Below the pieces are notes generated by a model. That model was not told where the DNA came from. It was given only the letters and a program-made list of their open reading frames with translations, and made no database searches. Shown here piece after piece: positions 1 through 13,497 of a DNA stretch of 64,000 nt. Source of the DNA: Vicugna vicugna (Eukaryota); the NCBI GenBank assembly GCA_013265495.1, contig MU058289.1:2293451-2357450 (forward strand), given 5' to 3'. The position numbers were made by a program, and so were the translations under genes. How positions within the stretch are numbered: position 1 is the first letter of the stretch; each line of letters begins with the position of its first letter.

Positions 1-1600
1 TCTCTTAAATTTCCTTTAATCTAAAAATCTTTATTTCATCTTTCTTCTTGAGGGATATATTCACTAAACACAGACTTCTGGGTTAACAGGGTTTTTTCCT
101 CCCAGTACTTTAAAGATGTTGTGGGAGAGGGTATAGCTCAAGTGGTAGAGTGCACACTTAGCATGCATGAGGTCCTGGGTTCAATACCTTCATTATAAAG
201 ATAAATAAACAAATAAACCTAATTACCTTCCCTGTAAACAAATTTTTTAAAAATAGAAATAAAAAAGATGTCTTCTGGCCTCCTTTGTTTCTGATAGAAG
301 TCCCAGGTTATTTGCCTCTGTCTCCCTGTATAAATGTGTTATTTTCTCTGACTACTTTCAAGATTTTATTTTTATTTAGTTTTCAGAAATTTGACTACAG
401 TGTCTCTAGGTGTGTTGTTGCTGTTGTTTTTAAAACCCTGCTTGGGAGTTTCCTGAGCCTCTTGAATCTATAAATGTATGCCTTTACCAAATTTAGCCAT
501 TTCTTCAAACTCTTTCTTCAAACATTCTCTGGCCCGTTTTTTTTCTTTTTTCCTTCTAAGACTCCAATTATATGTATGTTCGACATTTTGATATTGTCTC
601 ACAGGTCCTTCACATGCTGCTCTTTGTTTTTTAAATGTGTATGTCCTTCAGAATGGATAATTTCTATTGATCTAGCTTCAACTTTACTGAGTATTCCTTC
701 TGTCATCTTTCTCCTGCTTTTAAAGCCACTCAGTGAATTTTTAATTTATGATACTACAATTTTCATTTCTGACATTGACTTTTCTGAGAAATTTTGAGAA
801 TTTCCATTTGGTTCTTTTTTTTATTGTTTCTATCCTGCTGAGGTTTTTCTATTCTTTTATTTGTGGCAAATGCACTTCCTTTATGTCCAGGGGCACACTT
901 GTAATAGCTGCTTTTAAGTCCTTGTCTCCTCTTCCTGTTTCAGAGTCATCTTGGAGTTGGGCTTCACTGGCTGTCTTTTTAATTTAGATTGTGGTGTGTT
1001 CTTGTTTTTTGGTTTACCAGGGAATTTTCATTGTACCCTGGATGTTACAGAGTCTCTGGATTCCATTAGGTTCTTCTGAAGAAAACTGATTTAGCTTTTA
1101 GCTTGTAGTTAACCTGACTGAACTCAGACTGTAAATTTTCTCTCTCCCCTGTGGTGGGTGGCAGGTCAAATTTAAGTTCAGTTCTGTTGGCCTTAGCTGG
1201 CTGTTTGGTGTCTGCCACATCTGTGTGCAGGTTAGGGGTCAACCAGAGATTTGGGCTCCCTCTCCTTTCTTGGATTCCCCTCTCCCTGCTCTTCAGTGAC
1301 TGTGGTTGCCCTAAACTGTGTCCTCTGGTTCATTAAGCCAATAATGAAGTGGGTTTTTCTAAAATTCATCAGAGTTTTAGCTGTCTTACATGCACACACT
1401 GGGGCCTGCCTTCAGGCTAAATGCTACCTAAAAAGAAAAAAACTCACTCTGTGATGTTCTTTTCTTCCAAGTGTCAACTTCCCTCCAGCATCTGTCTACT
1501 TTTTTTTCATTCTCCATTATCTTCAGGTAGTTGATTTTTAGATTTTGTCTAGAGTTTATAGTTGCATATCATTGGATTTTGTTGATTGACTCTAAAGAAG
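1..1600 (-). mobile_element. Ancient LINE-1 (ORF1/5' region) remnant
   Basis: T-rich degenerate antisense L1 ORF1-like text (gactccaattatatgtatgtt, aaatttagccatt), interrupted by a SINE. Confidence 0.7.
123..266 (+). mobile_element. tRNA-derived SINE (camelid Vic-1-like), inserted in an old L1
   Basis: gggagagggtatagctcaagtggtagag...gaggtcctgggttcaat (Pol III A and B boxes), A-rich tail with cctaattacct motif, flanking AAAGATGT repeats (112-119 and 264-271). Confidence 0.88.
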
Positions 1601-1769
1601 CCTATGTTCAGAAAAAAATGGCTAGGAATCCCTGTTCTCATTGTTAAAGGGACTGTTATTTTTATCCCATATATGATTTTCTAACTCCTCACACATTGGT
1701 CTTATTTTATTTTCTTACTAGGACAGCTAATCCTCCACATTTATCTAAGCACTATTAAATTGACGAGTT

Positions 1770-1910
1770 CTTCTATTTAATTCTCACAATTTCACTATGG
1801 GGAAGTTGACTTTATTGTTCCCATTTTACAGATAAGAAAACTGAGCAAGAGGGATTAAGCCACTTATCAAAGTCACTGGGCACAAGCGGCATTCAAACTG
1901 GCTGCTCACT
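1770..1910 (-). mobile_element. MIR SINE
   Basis: cccattttacagataagaaaactgag core and tcaaagtcac. Confidence 0.75.
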
Positions 1911-3299
1911 CTACAGCCCATTTTCTTTCTCAGTCTGGCTGTGAGACACAGCTTGCAAGGAGGACAAGTTCACAGGACCAAGGCCATAGCTGGAAGAAGA
2001 AGGTGGAAGGAGTCATCTATGACTCTGATCTTGGCCCAGTCCTCATTAGTCATCCAAGTCAGAGGCTTATCCTAGCTGGGTATAGCCAAAATAATCGACT
2101 CTAGCTAACAAGAATGAGGTCCAAGAAGAGTTCGAGAGGATGTTAGGGAGTTGGCAACATCTCTAGAAGGGCCAGAGGACCCAGTAAGGGGGCAGTGCAG
2201 CCACTTACAATGCCCAGGTCACCCCAGACCCGGTCTCTGGTCTAGCTCCTCATGCTTCTTGCTCGTGCCCTGGTGGCTTTCACCAGCGTGTGTGTTGTCA
2301 GATCCTTCCTCTCCTGCCTCATCCCAGCTGCGAAGGAAGCTGTAAGTGAGCATTTCTGGCTTCTAAATGGCAAAATGGGACATCTCTGGAAGTTGGAAGA
2401 GGATTCAAATGCTGCTGAGCAACCAGAGTTCCCCTGATGTGCACATTCCATGTCAGTGAGCCACCGGGCAGATGCCGTGTGACCTGCTTTTCTTCTAATA
2501 ATGTCTCCCAGTAAGAGGCCAGAACATCCCCTTTCTAGGCTGCTTGACTTTGAGTTTTCCTCGTTTCGAGAAAAGCCAAACTCTGTAAGCAGACGGTTTT
2601 ATGGGGGCATGACTCATGCTGGTTTTCGTTTAACTGTTATTGCACCTTGACTATGATAAAAATGACTGCATTTGGAATGTAAGCTAGATTTTCTAATTAT
2701 TACAATAAAAACTGGATTCTAAAGATATACGTGTTGAAACTCTTCAATTTCAGTGTCACTTCCAATTGTGGGCCAAGTAGACAAGGACGGGTCACAGCAC
2801 TCCCCTGATTCCCAGGATTCTGAGTTGGGATCCGGGCCTTGGGGGGCGGGGGGGGGTTATCTAGCCAGAAGGGAGTGTCTGGAAAGCTTAGTGGGTTATG
2901 TGCTTTCCAAGTGACCTTTGGAATTTTGACTGAAAATGGTAGAGACAGAACCAGTTGGAGGCATAACCCTGCCCTGCCTGCAGTCCCTGAACTGCTAAAT
3001 CAATATGGACAGGAAACTCAATTCCCTATTTGGGGGAAATAGGCTCCTGTTGCACACAAGAGTTTTACTGTAACTGACAGTTATAGATTTTCTCGGGGAC
3101 AACAATAAAAATAAAGTACTATTTGGGCTTTTATGATCATTAGTTCTGTTCAGTTACATAAAAGCTGAAGTCAAACCTGTCATTACCGTAAGGCTGGTGT
3201 TTTCCGGGTATGTTCAGCAATCACAGGTTTTGGGATTTTTGGAGCAATCTCAATTACTTATTATTTATGCATCATTTAATTCTTTTATTTATCTTTATG

Positions 3300-4150
3300 T
3301 ATAACAAAAATTTCTCAACATCTGCCATTCCCTCTCTAGTTCCCCTGCTTACATGCCCTTCCTGAGATGTTCTAGGCAGAGATAGCACATATGTAAACCC
3401 TCCTCCTTCTTTTTCACACCCATGGAAGCACATTTTCTGCAGTGTCTTTATATATGTATATATTCATATACATACGTGTATGTGTATTTTATAATATGTA
3501 TGTATGTATGAATGAATATATCAGAGCTCTTTCCGTATGTGTTCATAGACAGATTTTCCTCCTTCTTCTTAACAGAGATACAAAGGAGTATTTACCAGCG
3601 TGCCTGTGGTTATTTAACCAGCTTTCTATTAATAGACACACAATCCGTTGTTTCCAGTCGTTTGTAACTATAAACAATGTTTTGGTCACTATCCATGTGC
3701 ACATATAAGAGTTTATGGGATTAAATTTCCGTAAGTGGAATTGCTAGGTGAAAGGTTAACAACGCTTTCAAGTTAGATAGGCATTGCTAAATTGGCCTCG
3801 AAAGAGGTGGTATCAATATATAATCCTACCTGTTTGCCCTACCCATTTATCAGTACAGCACATTACACCTGTCCAACTGGTGTAGTTTTAATTTGTCTCT
3901 CTTTTATTCAGAGTGTTAGCCCTTTTAAACACGTTTAAAGTCCATTTGCATTGACTGATTTTTTAAAAATAAACTCTCTATGTCCATTTTGTTTTGGATT
4001 ATGATCCTTTTTCATATTGATTTGTAGAAGTTCTTTATATATAAGTAGATGAGCTTTTCTCATTTAAAGGAAAGATGACTTATTACATGTAGAACTAGAT
4101 GTGATTCAGTGTCTATAACTAGATGTGGTTCTTTTTTTTTTTTGATTTTC
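3300..4150 (-). mobile_element. Ancient LINE-1 3' region remnant (L1ME-like)
   Basis: gttgtttccagt, aagtggaattgctagg, attgatttgtagaagttctttatatat motifs typical of old antisense L1. Confidence 0.65.
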
Positions 4151-4376
4151 AATTCTGAAATTTATTAGACATCATCTGTAACATTTATATTATTATGACT
4201 CTGTAAATATTATTATTATATCAAGTAGTGTACCAAAATTACATTTTTTCTCAAAGTTTAATTGTGATTATTACTGTGACAATGCAGTTTTAATGGAGCC
4301 CTTTTTCCTTATACTACATCAGTAAATCAAATTCATGCTGTGTTCTAGTTTGCCAAATATTTGGACCATGCCTTTT

Positions 4377-4542
4377 GTGGTAATCAGCCTCCAAGATGGC
4401 CACCTGTAACCCTTGTCTCCCGCTATTCACACCTTTGTGTATTCCCTTCCCAGGGACTGGTCTGTGTGACCAATAGCATAAGGAAAAGTGACAGTGTGTC
4501 ATTTCTGAGATTAGGTTGTAAAGGCTGTGGCTTCTCTCTTAG
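4377..4542 (+). mobile_element. MLT1F-like MaLR LTR 5' fragment
   Basis: tgtggtaatcagcctccaagatggcc...tattcacacctttgtgt...tttctgagattaggtt. Confidence 0.75.
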
Positions 4543-6108
4543 GTGTAGTTCTTCATATGAGCAAATCCACAAATCAGAAACAATTCATGCTTAGAGCATG
4601 TTTCCAGAATTTTTTTTTAATTTGGAAAACATGGCCATTAAAAAGCATTTTGAAGTAATTTTCAAAACTATTTAAACCATTACGGCATTATATATTTGCA
4701 GAGTCAAATAACTTTGAAACATTTTATAGCTTATAAAACTATAAAAATTATTAAGCTATAAAATTAAAGTAACAAAATATTTTTATAGTTGATAAAATTA
4801 GAAAAGTGATAAATATATACTCATAGGTTTTTAAAAGTCCAATAGACGTATTATAAATTTAAAAGTACAAGTTATCTCCCTTCCTACCAAAGCAGCATCA
4901 CTGTTAACACCTCTGTTAACAGGTGTGTATTCCTCCTAACGTCTTTCTAGACACCAACAATATGTATTTAAATAATTGTTTCCCTGAAAAGTGGAAGCTA
5001 CATGCTGTTCTGTAACTTGCTTTTTCCAGTTAAGGATTAATCCTGCATGTCAAGAATGGTAACCCTTGCAAATCAGTTTTTTTAAACTCTGTAAGCTGAC
5101 AGTATATCACCATGGCTTCCTTTGGGAGTAATCTAGCCCCAAATAATGGACTAGAACAGATAAGGCCTTTGGAGACATAGCAAGTAGTCCACTGCGTGCA
5201 GATCATTTCTCCTATAGCTCCAATGTCTGCCCTCGGGGGATGTTTCACACACAGGGTGGAGGGGCTCAGACTTGGGAGGGGGGCTGAGTATAATCACAAG
5301 GAAAGGGGGCTAGAATTGAGGCCTTCATGAGCCAGCACCCTAAAAACTCATTTTGACTTTCAAAAGATTTGGCTCCTCACCTTATTTAAGTTTTGTTTTT
5401 GTTTTGGACGATGCACCTTGAGGCCTAAACCCTTGGAATTCACAAGAGAGGGAACGGGGTCAAAATGGTGGCTGCACAGAAGTGGGCTCCAAGGAGCCCC
5501 ACCCCATCTCTTGAGAAGTGAGGCTGTCTGGTCTACACGCTGGAGCTAGCCCTGCCTCCCGTTCCCCTGGGTGGATCTGATGGTGTCCAGTCACCTCCAA
5601 GGATTAAGTCGCCCTCTCCCGGGGCATGGTCCCAGCAGTGCCCTGCAGATAGGGGGTGCTCTGGAGCCAAGGTGGAGGGGGCGCTCCAGGGCTGTCGTGC
5701 AGGCCTGAGAAGTTTGCACAACACAAACGAGCCCAATTCAGGAGGCCTCCACTCACCAAGCCTTGTGCCCTGGCTGGGCTGCCTCTCTCCAGAGAAAGGG
5801 GCCCTTTTTCCTTTCAACAAAGGCACTTTCTGCTCAGCCAAGCCCCCGGGAGCTGCATGTGCCCAAGGGGGGCTTCTTCCGAGTTCGCCCAAAGGCACTG
5901 AGCAGACTCTCCAGGCCCTGGCAGCCTTGCCTGGCACAGTTTCAGGAGGCTCCGGATGGGTCTGTCCTGGACAGCCCTGACCCAGGGGGTCAGGTCTTCC
6001 CCAGCATCCTTTGGGGCCACCCCTAAGCTGCCCTCCTAGGCTTGGGAACAAACTGAGTTCTGGGAGGGTGGCCGGGTAGCAGTTTTCTTGAATAGAATCC
6101 ATTCTGTG

Positions 6109-6800
6109 TTCATTCAACAAATATTTGAGGCTCTCCCATATGCCAAGGCCTGTTCTAGCTCTGGAAATAGGCAGAACAGGACAGACAAGGTCCTGTCTTT
6201 GTGGAGCTGGCATTCTCGTGGGGGAAGCCAGACAGGGAACAAGTCAAATAAGTAAACAAGACCATTTTCCAGAGAGCACTGTGAGGAAAAGAAAATGCAC
6301 AATGGCCTTAGGAGCGGTGGGAGAGTTGTGCCACACGTACCTGGAAATTCTTGGAGAAGGTGAGACTAAAATGGCAGGAAGGAAGAAGTCATGCCAACGT
6401 CTGGGAAGAACATTCTGGGGAGCCAGCAGAGCAGAGGGCAGTGCCTTGAGGCTGGGAGCTCAGTGGGGAGCCAAGAAGAGTCTGCGGTGTAAGGCGAGGC
6501 GAGGGCCAACCTACGCAGGGCCTTGCGGCCAAGCCCATGCTGAGGCGCTGCGTGTCGTCTTCTGCACGTGATGGGCCGTCACAGGAGGGTGAAGTCGGGG
6601 AGTGCCCTGACCTGAGTGCATGTTTAAAGAGTAACAACCCGCTCTGTGGGGAGAGTTGGGGGCCAGGGAGGGCAGAGGGGAGATGGTTAGAGGCTTGCTG
6701 TGGTGGTCCAGGTGAGAGAGCATGCCAGCAGGATGTTTGCCATGAGACGGAGAGAAACCATGAACTGGGATACAGGTTTGGGATTACTGCTGACTGACGT
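6109..6800 (-). mobile_element. LINE-2 3' remnant
   Basis: ttcattcaacaaatatttgag...atgccaaggcctgttctag...gacaaggtcctgtc; boundaries approximate. Confidence 0.7.
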
Positions 6801-9800
6801 GTCCTCCAGAAGCAGGGCCTGGGGCCTCCAGACAAGGCCTGAGGCAGTGGGATCACTCCTCCCCTGCTGGCACTGAATGAGTGCTGGCCCCTCCAGGGAG
6901 CTAAGACCTTGCCTGCTGGACCCCCTGTATCATCGTTCAACTCAGGTACGAGGGCCCCTGAGCTGGACCCCCATATTATAGGCTGCTCCCTTCCCTTAGG
7001 GTAAGGACCTTACAGACCAAGGAATTTCCTTCCCAAATAGCCCAGAGCCAGCTGCCTGGGCCTACAAAGGCCACTTTTCAAAGGCACTTGGCAGTGTGCA
7101 CAGTCCTAGATCAGGGTGATGGGACAATTTTCAGGGGATATGGACAAGCAATTTTCCGGGGGTATGGGCAACAATGGTGCCCTGTGCTGGGAACCATCCA
7201 ACCATCCTTGGGGGGATGGCACAGGGATGGGAAGAGTAGGAGGTGGCTGGCTCTCCTGGCACCACCGTGTTCCAGAGTCATATTCTAAATTCTAGGACAT
7301 TGTGAAGATTCATTTGTCAAGGCAGGAAGGTAGAATATATTTTATCTAACCGCTTCTTCACTTGATTGATAACTTTTAATGTTTCAACAGATGGTATGGG
7401 GGCTGCCATATATAACCTCATCCCAGATCCCACAAAAATGTGGGGTAGGTCCACCCACATCCACTGCTTCCTGCAGTGTTCCCCAAATGCTGGATAGGCA
7501 GTTCTGGGGTCTATGATCTACCAAAGGAGTTTTCTACCAAAATAGAACAAAGGGCATTTCCCAACTTGCTAAATGAAATTGAGATAATGGATAGAACTTT
7601 CTGAACTTGAAATTTTGACTCAATTTTCTTTTTCTAAAATCTTTGCTACCTGCTACCACTTATCTGTGAGGAGTGGCAAGCACATAAAATAAACAGGAAC
7701 CATACACACATCAGAATAGATGAAAATTGAGGGAAAACTGGAAACAGCTGAATCTGACAATTTTTTTTCTTTTTATTGAAGTATAGTTATTGAAGAATAG
7801 TTGATTGAAGTATAGCACCAGGACTTTCCCTTACCTCTGGATTTCTTATAGATCTGAGTACTCCTGGTTATGATTTCATCTGATTTCCTAACAGTTAAAT
7901 CATTTCTAGCTCATGATGACAGAATTAATTATGCCCTGTAATATTCTGTGTGACTTCTAGGTGCTTTGTCTTAGAACAAGCTGAGAGCTCTCTACAATGA
8001 ATTATTGGCCCCAATTTACAGAAAAGAAAACAGAGGTTCAGCGGCGAAATTCAGTAACTTTCCCAAGGTCACCCTTGTAAATGGGGAAGTAAGGGTTTTA
8101 ATAGGTCTGAGGAATCCTCCACACCCACAGGGCCTCCTGGTGAGCTTGAATGTATAGTTTATTGGGTAATAAGAATGTCTTCTCCAAGTACCCGGAGAAG
8201 ACATTCTCACTATTGGTAAGAAACACTAGACTCTTGGTTGACTGTTTCATTACGTGTCATAACATAAAACAAATTAGTATAAACCCATTAGCCAGTGCCT
8301 TTGTAATAAAAAGGAACTCTTGTTTTAAGTTTTAGGAAGGTCTTTGAGAGTATTTTGTTGAACTAGATATACTGTATGATAAATATACTTTAGATATACA
8401 TTGTATTAGATATACTATATTAGATACTCATGCCCTCTAGCCAGAACACAAACCATGCCTGAAAATTATAGCTCTTTTCTTCTATCTTAATCAGTCTTGC
8501 TTTGGAGAGACCAGTCTTAGATCCATTTAGCTGTAGATAAAGTTAGAAACGAAATCCAAAGTGTTCATTCCAGCTGTGTGATTGAGCTTCAAACTTCCAT
8601 GTTAATTCTCTTGTTTGCATTGCATTAGGAAGATTGAAGCAAAGTAAAATAAAAACTTCCTCGCTCTGTTTGCCTTCTCAAAATGGTTGGCGTTGTGAAT
8701 GACCCTGGAAACAAGCTCCATTCCGGAGCATCCAAACCTCAGGACCACAGTTCATGGAAGGGAGGGCCCTTGCCCACCCTCTCCCCATCAGCTCAGCAAC
8801 CTGCTCTCCTGAGCTATCCAAGTATAATTCATACCTATGAAATGCATTTTTACTTCTGTTACTGATTTTTCTCCTTTGTAAAAAGTAGAGCTAGGGCACA
8901 CCTCTCCTCTCCCTGGGCCCTTGCAGTGGCAGAAGTCAACCCCAGTGAGCTGGTGGCCTGTCTGAGCTGGGGTCCCTGCGCCCTGCACCCCACCCTGCCC
9001 CCACCGAGCACACTGAAGCCAGGGCTTATGTGGGAATGATCCCTCCCTCCACGTGTGCTCCTCAAGGACTGCCAGGTGCCATCAATTAAGATGAAGCGGG
9101 ATCATAAAGGTGGTAAGAGAGGATTTATGAGCTGCTCTTATTACTGGCTCTGTCTTAACTGAGCGTGAGCCACAGAACCATCTCCTTCCCAAGTGATTCC
9201 AGCCAAAGGCTGGCTGCCCACGTGTCCTGTCAGGCCACAGAGACCCTGCAGCCGTGGGCACCTACCATGGAAAGTGAATCCACCAACCCTGGGGTCTCAC
9301 CCAGGTTCTGTAGCCAATTCTTGTTTCACAGCTTGGACAGCACCAGGACTCTCCCTCACCTCTGGAAAGCTCATCCACAAACCCACTCCTTGCCCTCTAA
9401 ACCTCTTCCTCCTCATCCCAAGGTGTTCTCTTAGATCTCAAAGGAAAACTAGAATATGGAGGTGGATCTTGGTGGCTGTTTCTAGGTCATGGTCTTCTCC
9501 TCCAGAACCACATATCAGGCAGGGGAGCCCCATGGCCCCCAAAGGCTTGGAGGGAACCCTCTATTTTCCTTGCATTACATATGCTGGGGGATGGTAACCC
9601 CAGCCAGAAGCCTGGCATTCAGCCCCCACCCAGACTCCAATCCTGACATCTAGTTCAAATTCATCCCTGCCGCCTGTATCCCATCTGGGGCCTCAGGTCT
9701 CCAGTGCTTCTCATCTGGTCATCACTCCCTCTCTAGTCCCTACCAGAGTGGCCTTTCAGGAATCCAAACTGGATCACGGCGCTCCCCTGCTAAATGCTGT

Positions 9801-11999
9801 GAGATAGCAAAAACCTGGGAGATAGGCTCTCTCCTTCACCTGCAGCCGCCTTGGCCATGAACCCAGCCCCGTCTGTGGATCCAGCCTTATCTAGGCCCCT
9901 CCCAGGCAATCCCAGCACTCCAGCCTGTCAAGCATCTTGTCCTTTGTCACCAGACAAGCCATGCACTCATAGCCACTCCACCTTTGCACCTGCCGTTCTG
10001 CAAATTGCACCTATCATTCTAGCAAATTCCTACTCATCTTTCAAGGTGTGGCTCAAAGGTCCACTCCTGCATGAAGCTCTCTCCGACCTCCTGTCTCAGT
10101 CAGCTCGGGCTGCCATTACAAAATACCACAGACTAGGGGACTTGTTCAGAGCACCTTGCACAGAGCACATCAGAGCTTTCTGGTTCTGCTGTGGGAGACC
10201 GGCAGCCCTGGCTGTGGGCCCCCCTCGGTGCCTCTCTCACCTCCACACAACCTTAATGACAAGGCCTTATTCCAACAAGGCTCCCCTAGCCTCAGAAGCC
10301 TCTGTGGTTTCCCCAGATACTAAAAGGAGATATTCCTGCTGGTTGCACAGGACAGCAGGTGTATGTGCTAGAACAGGTCACTTTCAGTAGCCCTTTCTTT
10401 GTTCCTGCACTGGGACAGGCTGTTATTTTAAACTCTGCAGAAAAAAAAAAAATCTCCATCCATGTTTCTGGGTTTCCCTCCAGGGCTCCACGGGTGCATG
10501 TTGTATAAATGATCCAGCATTTACATCCAGAGAGCAGCTCCTCAGCTCACATAGGTTATTTAATATATCTACTTTTACTCCCATTCCAAAAGCATCAAGC
10601 TAAAAATACATATGAGCTCTGGACCAAAAAAAATGAACTGGACCATTAATCACCAGGACTATGTTGAATAGGAACTTGATTAAAGCACAGTATGGGTTCC
10701 CCAGACGAAGCTGCTTCTTTACTGTGACCACAGTGGAAGCTCGGCCTCCCCGGGCCTTGCTTTTGCGCTGCGCCTCCTTGAGGGCTTCTGGGCGGGTTGT
10801 GGCGTCTTGCCAGCCTTTGGATGGCCGCTATCCGGGAAGGGGTCTTGACCCGCGAAACCGGGCAATTCTCAAGTAGGAACATTTCCAAACAGCACCCAAG
10901 CGGCCTTGGGCTTCAGCGCACTTAGTCGTAAGGGGCGGTGGGGGTAGAGGCGGGAGCAGCTTGCAGTCCCACGAGGCCCCATGGGAGCCGGCTGTCCCCG
11001 CGATCCCGAAGTTGAACGCTCGAGGCGCCACGTGGCTGGAGAAATGCGCTGCCACAAGCCCTTTTTCCAGCAGCAGTGAATGCAAAGGCAGCACGGCGCC
11101 CAGGGGTAGCCCAGGATTCCGGGACCCAGCGACCTGCGAACTATCCTGCAGGGTTCTCCCAGTAGGTGCTTGAATACTGGGCCGCCGAGACTCTGAGGCC
11201 CCGGCTCCCTTGACATCCCAGCTCCCGCACTGGAGCCCACCCGAATGGGGAGTTGAGGAGAAGGCGATGGATTCCAATCCAGTTGACCGCCGGCCCTGCT
11301 TCAGGATCCCAGTCCCAGAGTCAAATTCGCCTCCTCCCTCTGTGCGTCATTCCTAGCCCCGGTACCCCAGCCCCAGAATCCAGCTCGGCCCGTCCGGCAG
11401 GAAAAAGTTGGCGGCCCCGCGCCGGGCAGCAGAGCCAACTCCGCGCGCCTAGCAACACCTACAGCTCCGGCTATAAGTAATTAAGAAGAAAAAGTTTTCC
11501 AGCTCAGGCGGATGGACCAGCCGAGTTCTCTGAACTCCCGGACCGCGGGCGCCTCCCCTTCCCTCCGTTCCCCGCGGGGTCCTAGCGCCCGGCACTATGG
11601 AGCCCGTGAGACCCCAGAGAACTGAGAGAGGCGGAGCGGGGAAGAGATACTTTTGCGCGGAATCTGTTGGGGCGCCTGGAAATCAGAGGGCAAAACCCCC
11701 GCGCTCCGGGCCTCTCCCCTCGGCTCCTCCACGCGCTGGGCAGTGTGCACTGGGCCACACGTCCAAAACTGCTCCCTGCCTCCTCGCCCCTCCCAACCTC
11801 ATCCCCGACCCCTTCTCTACGCCGCCGCCTTCCAGAGAGCCTTGACCCGGACAGCACTGGTTCTAGCTTTTAAAGCAAGTACGCGCCACAAAAGCTCAGA
11901 GACCAAAGCTTGCCCCCACCCAACACCAACCCCTGCGCGGCGCCTGGGTGCTCCCGGGCTCCCCGGCCGTTGGCTGGAGGTAGGTGTTCTGCGGAGGCT

Positions 12000-13497
<1,498 letters not shown>

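Noticed and set aside
123..190. tRNA-like sequences (also ~48655 and ~49570)
   Set aside because: They have A-rich tails, TSDs and degenerate stems, so they are SINE copies rather than tRNA genes.
285..987. Hydrophobic Phe/Leu-rich ORFs (also 23600-24201)
   Set aside because: Produced by T-rich antisense L1 remnants; not membrane proteins.
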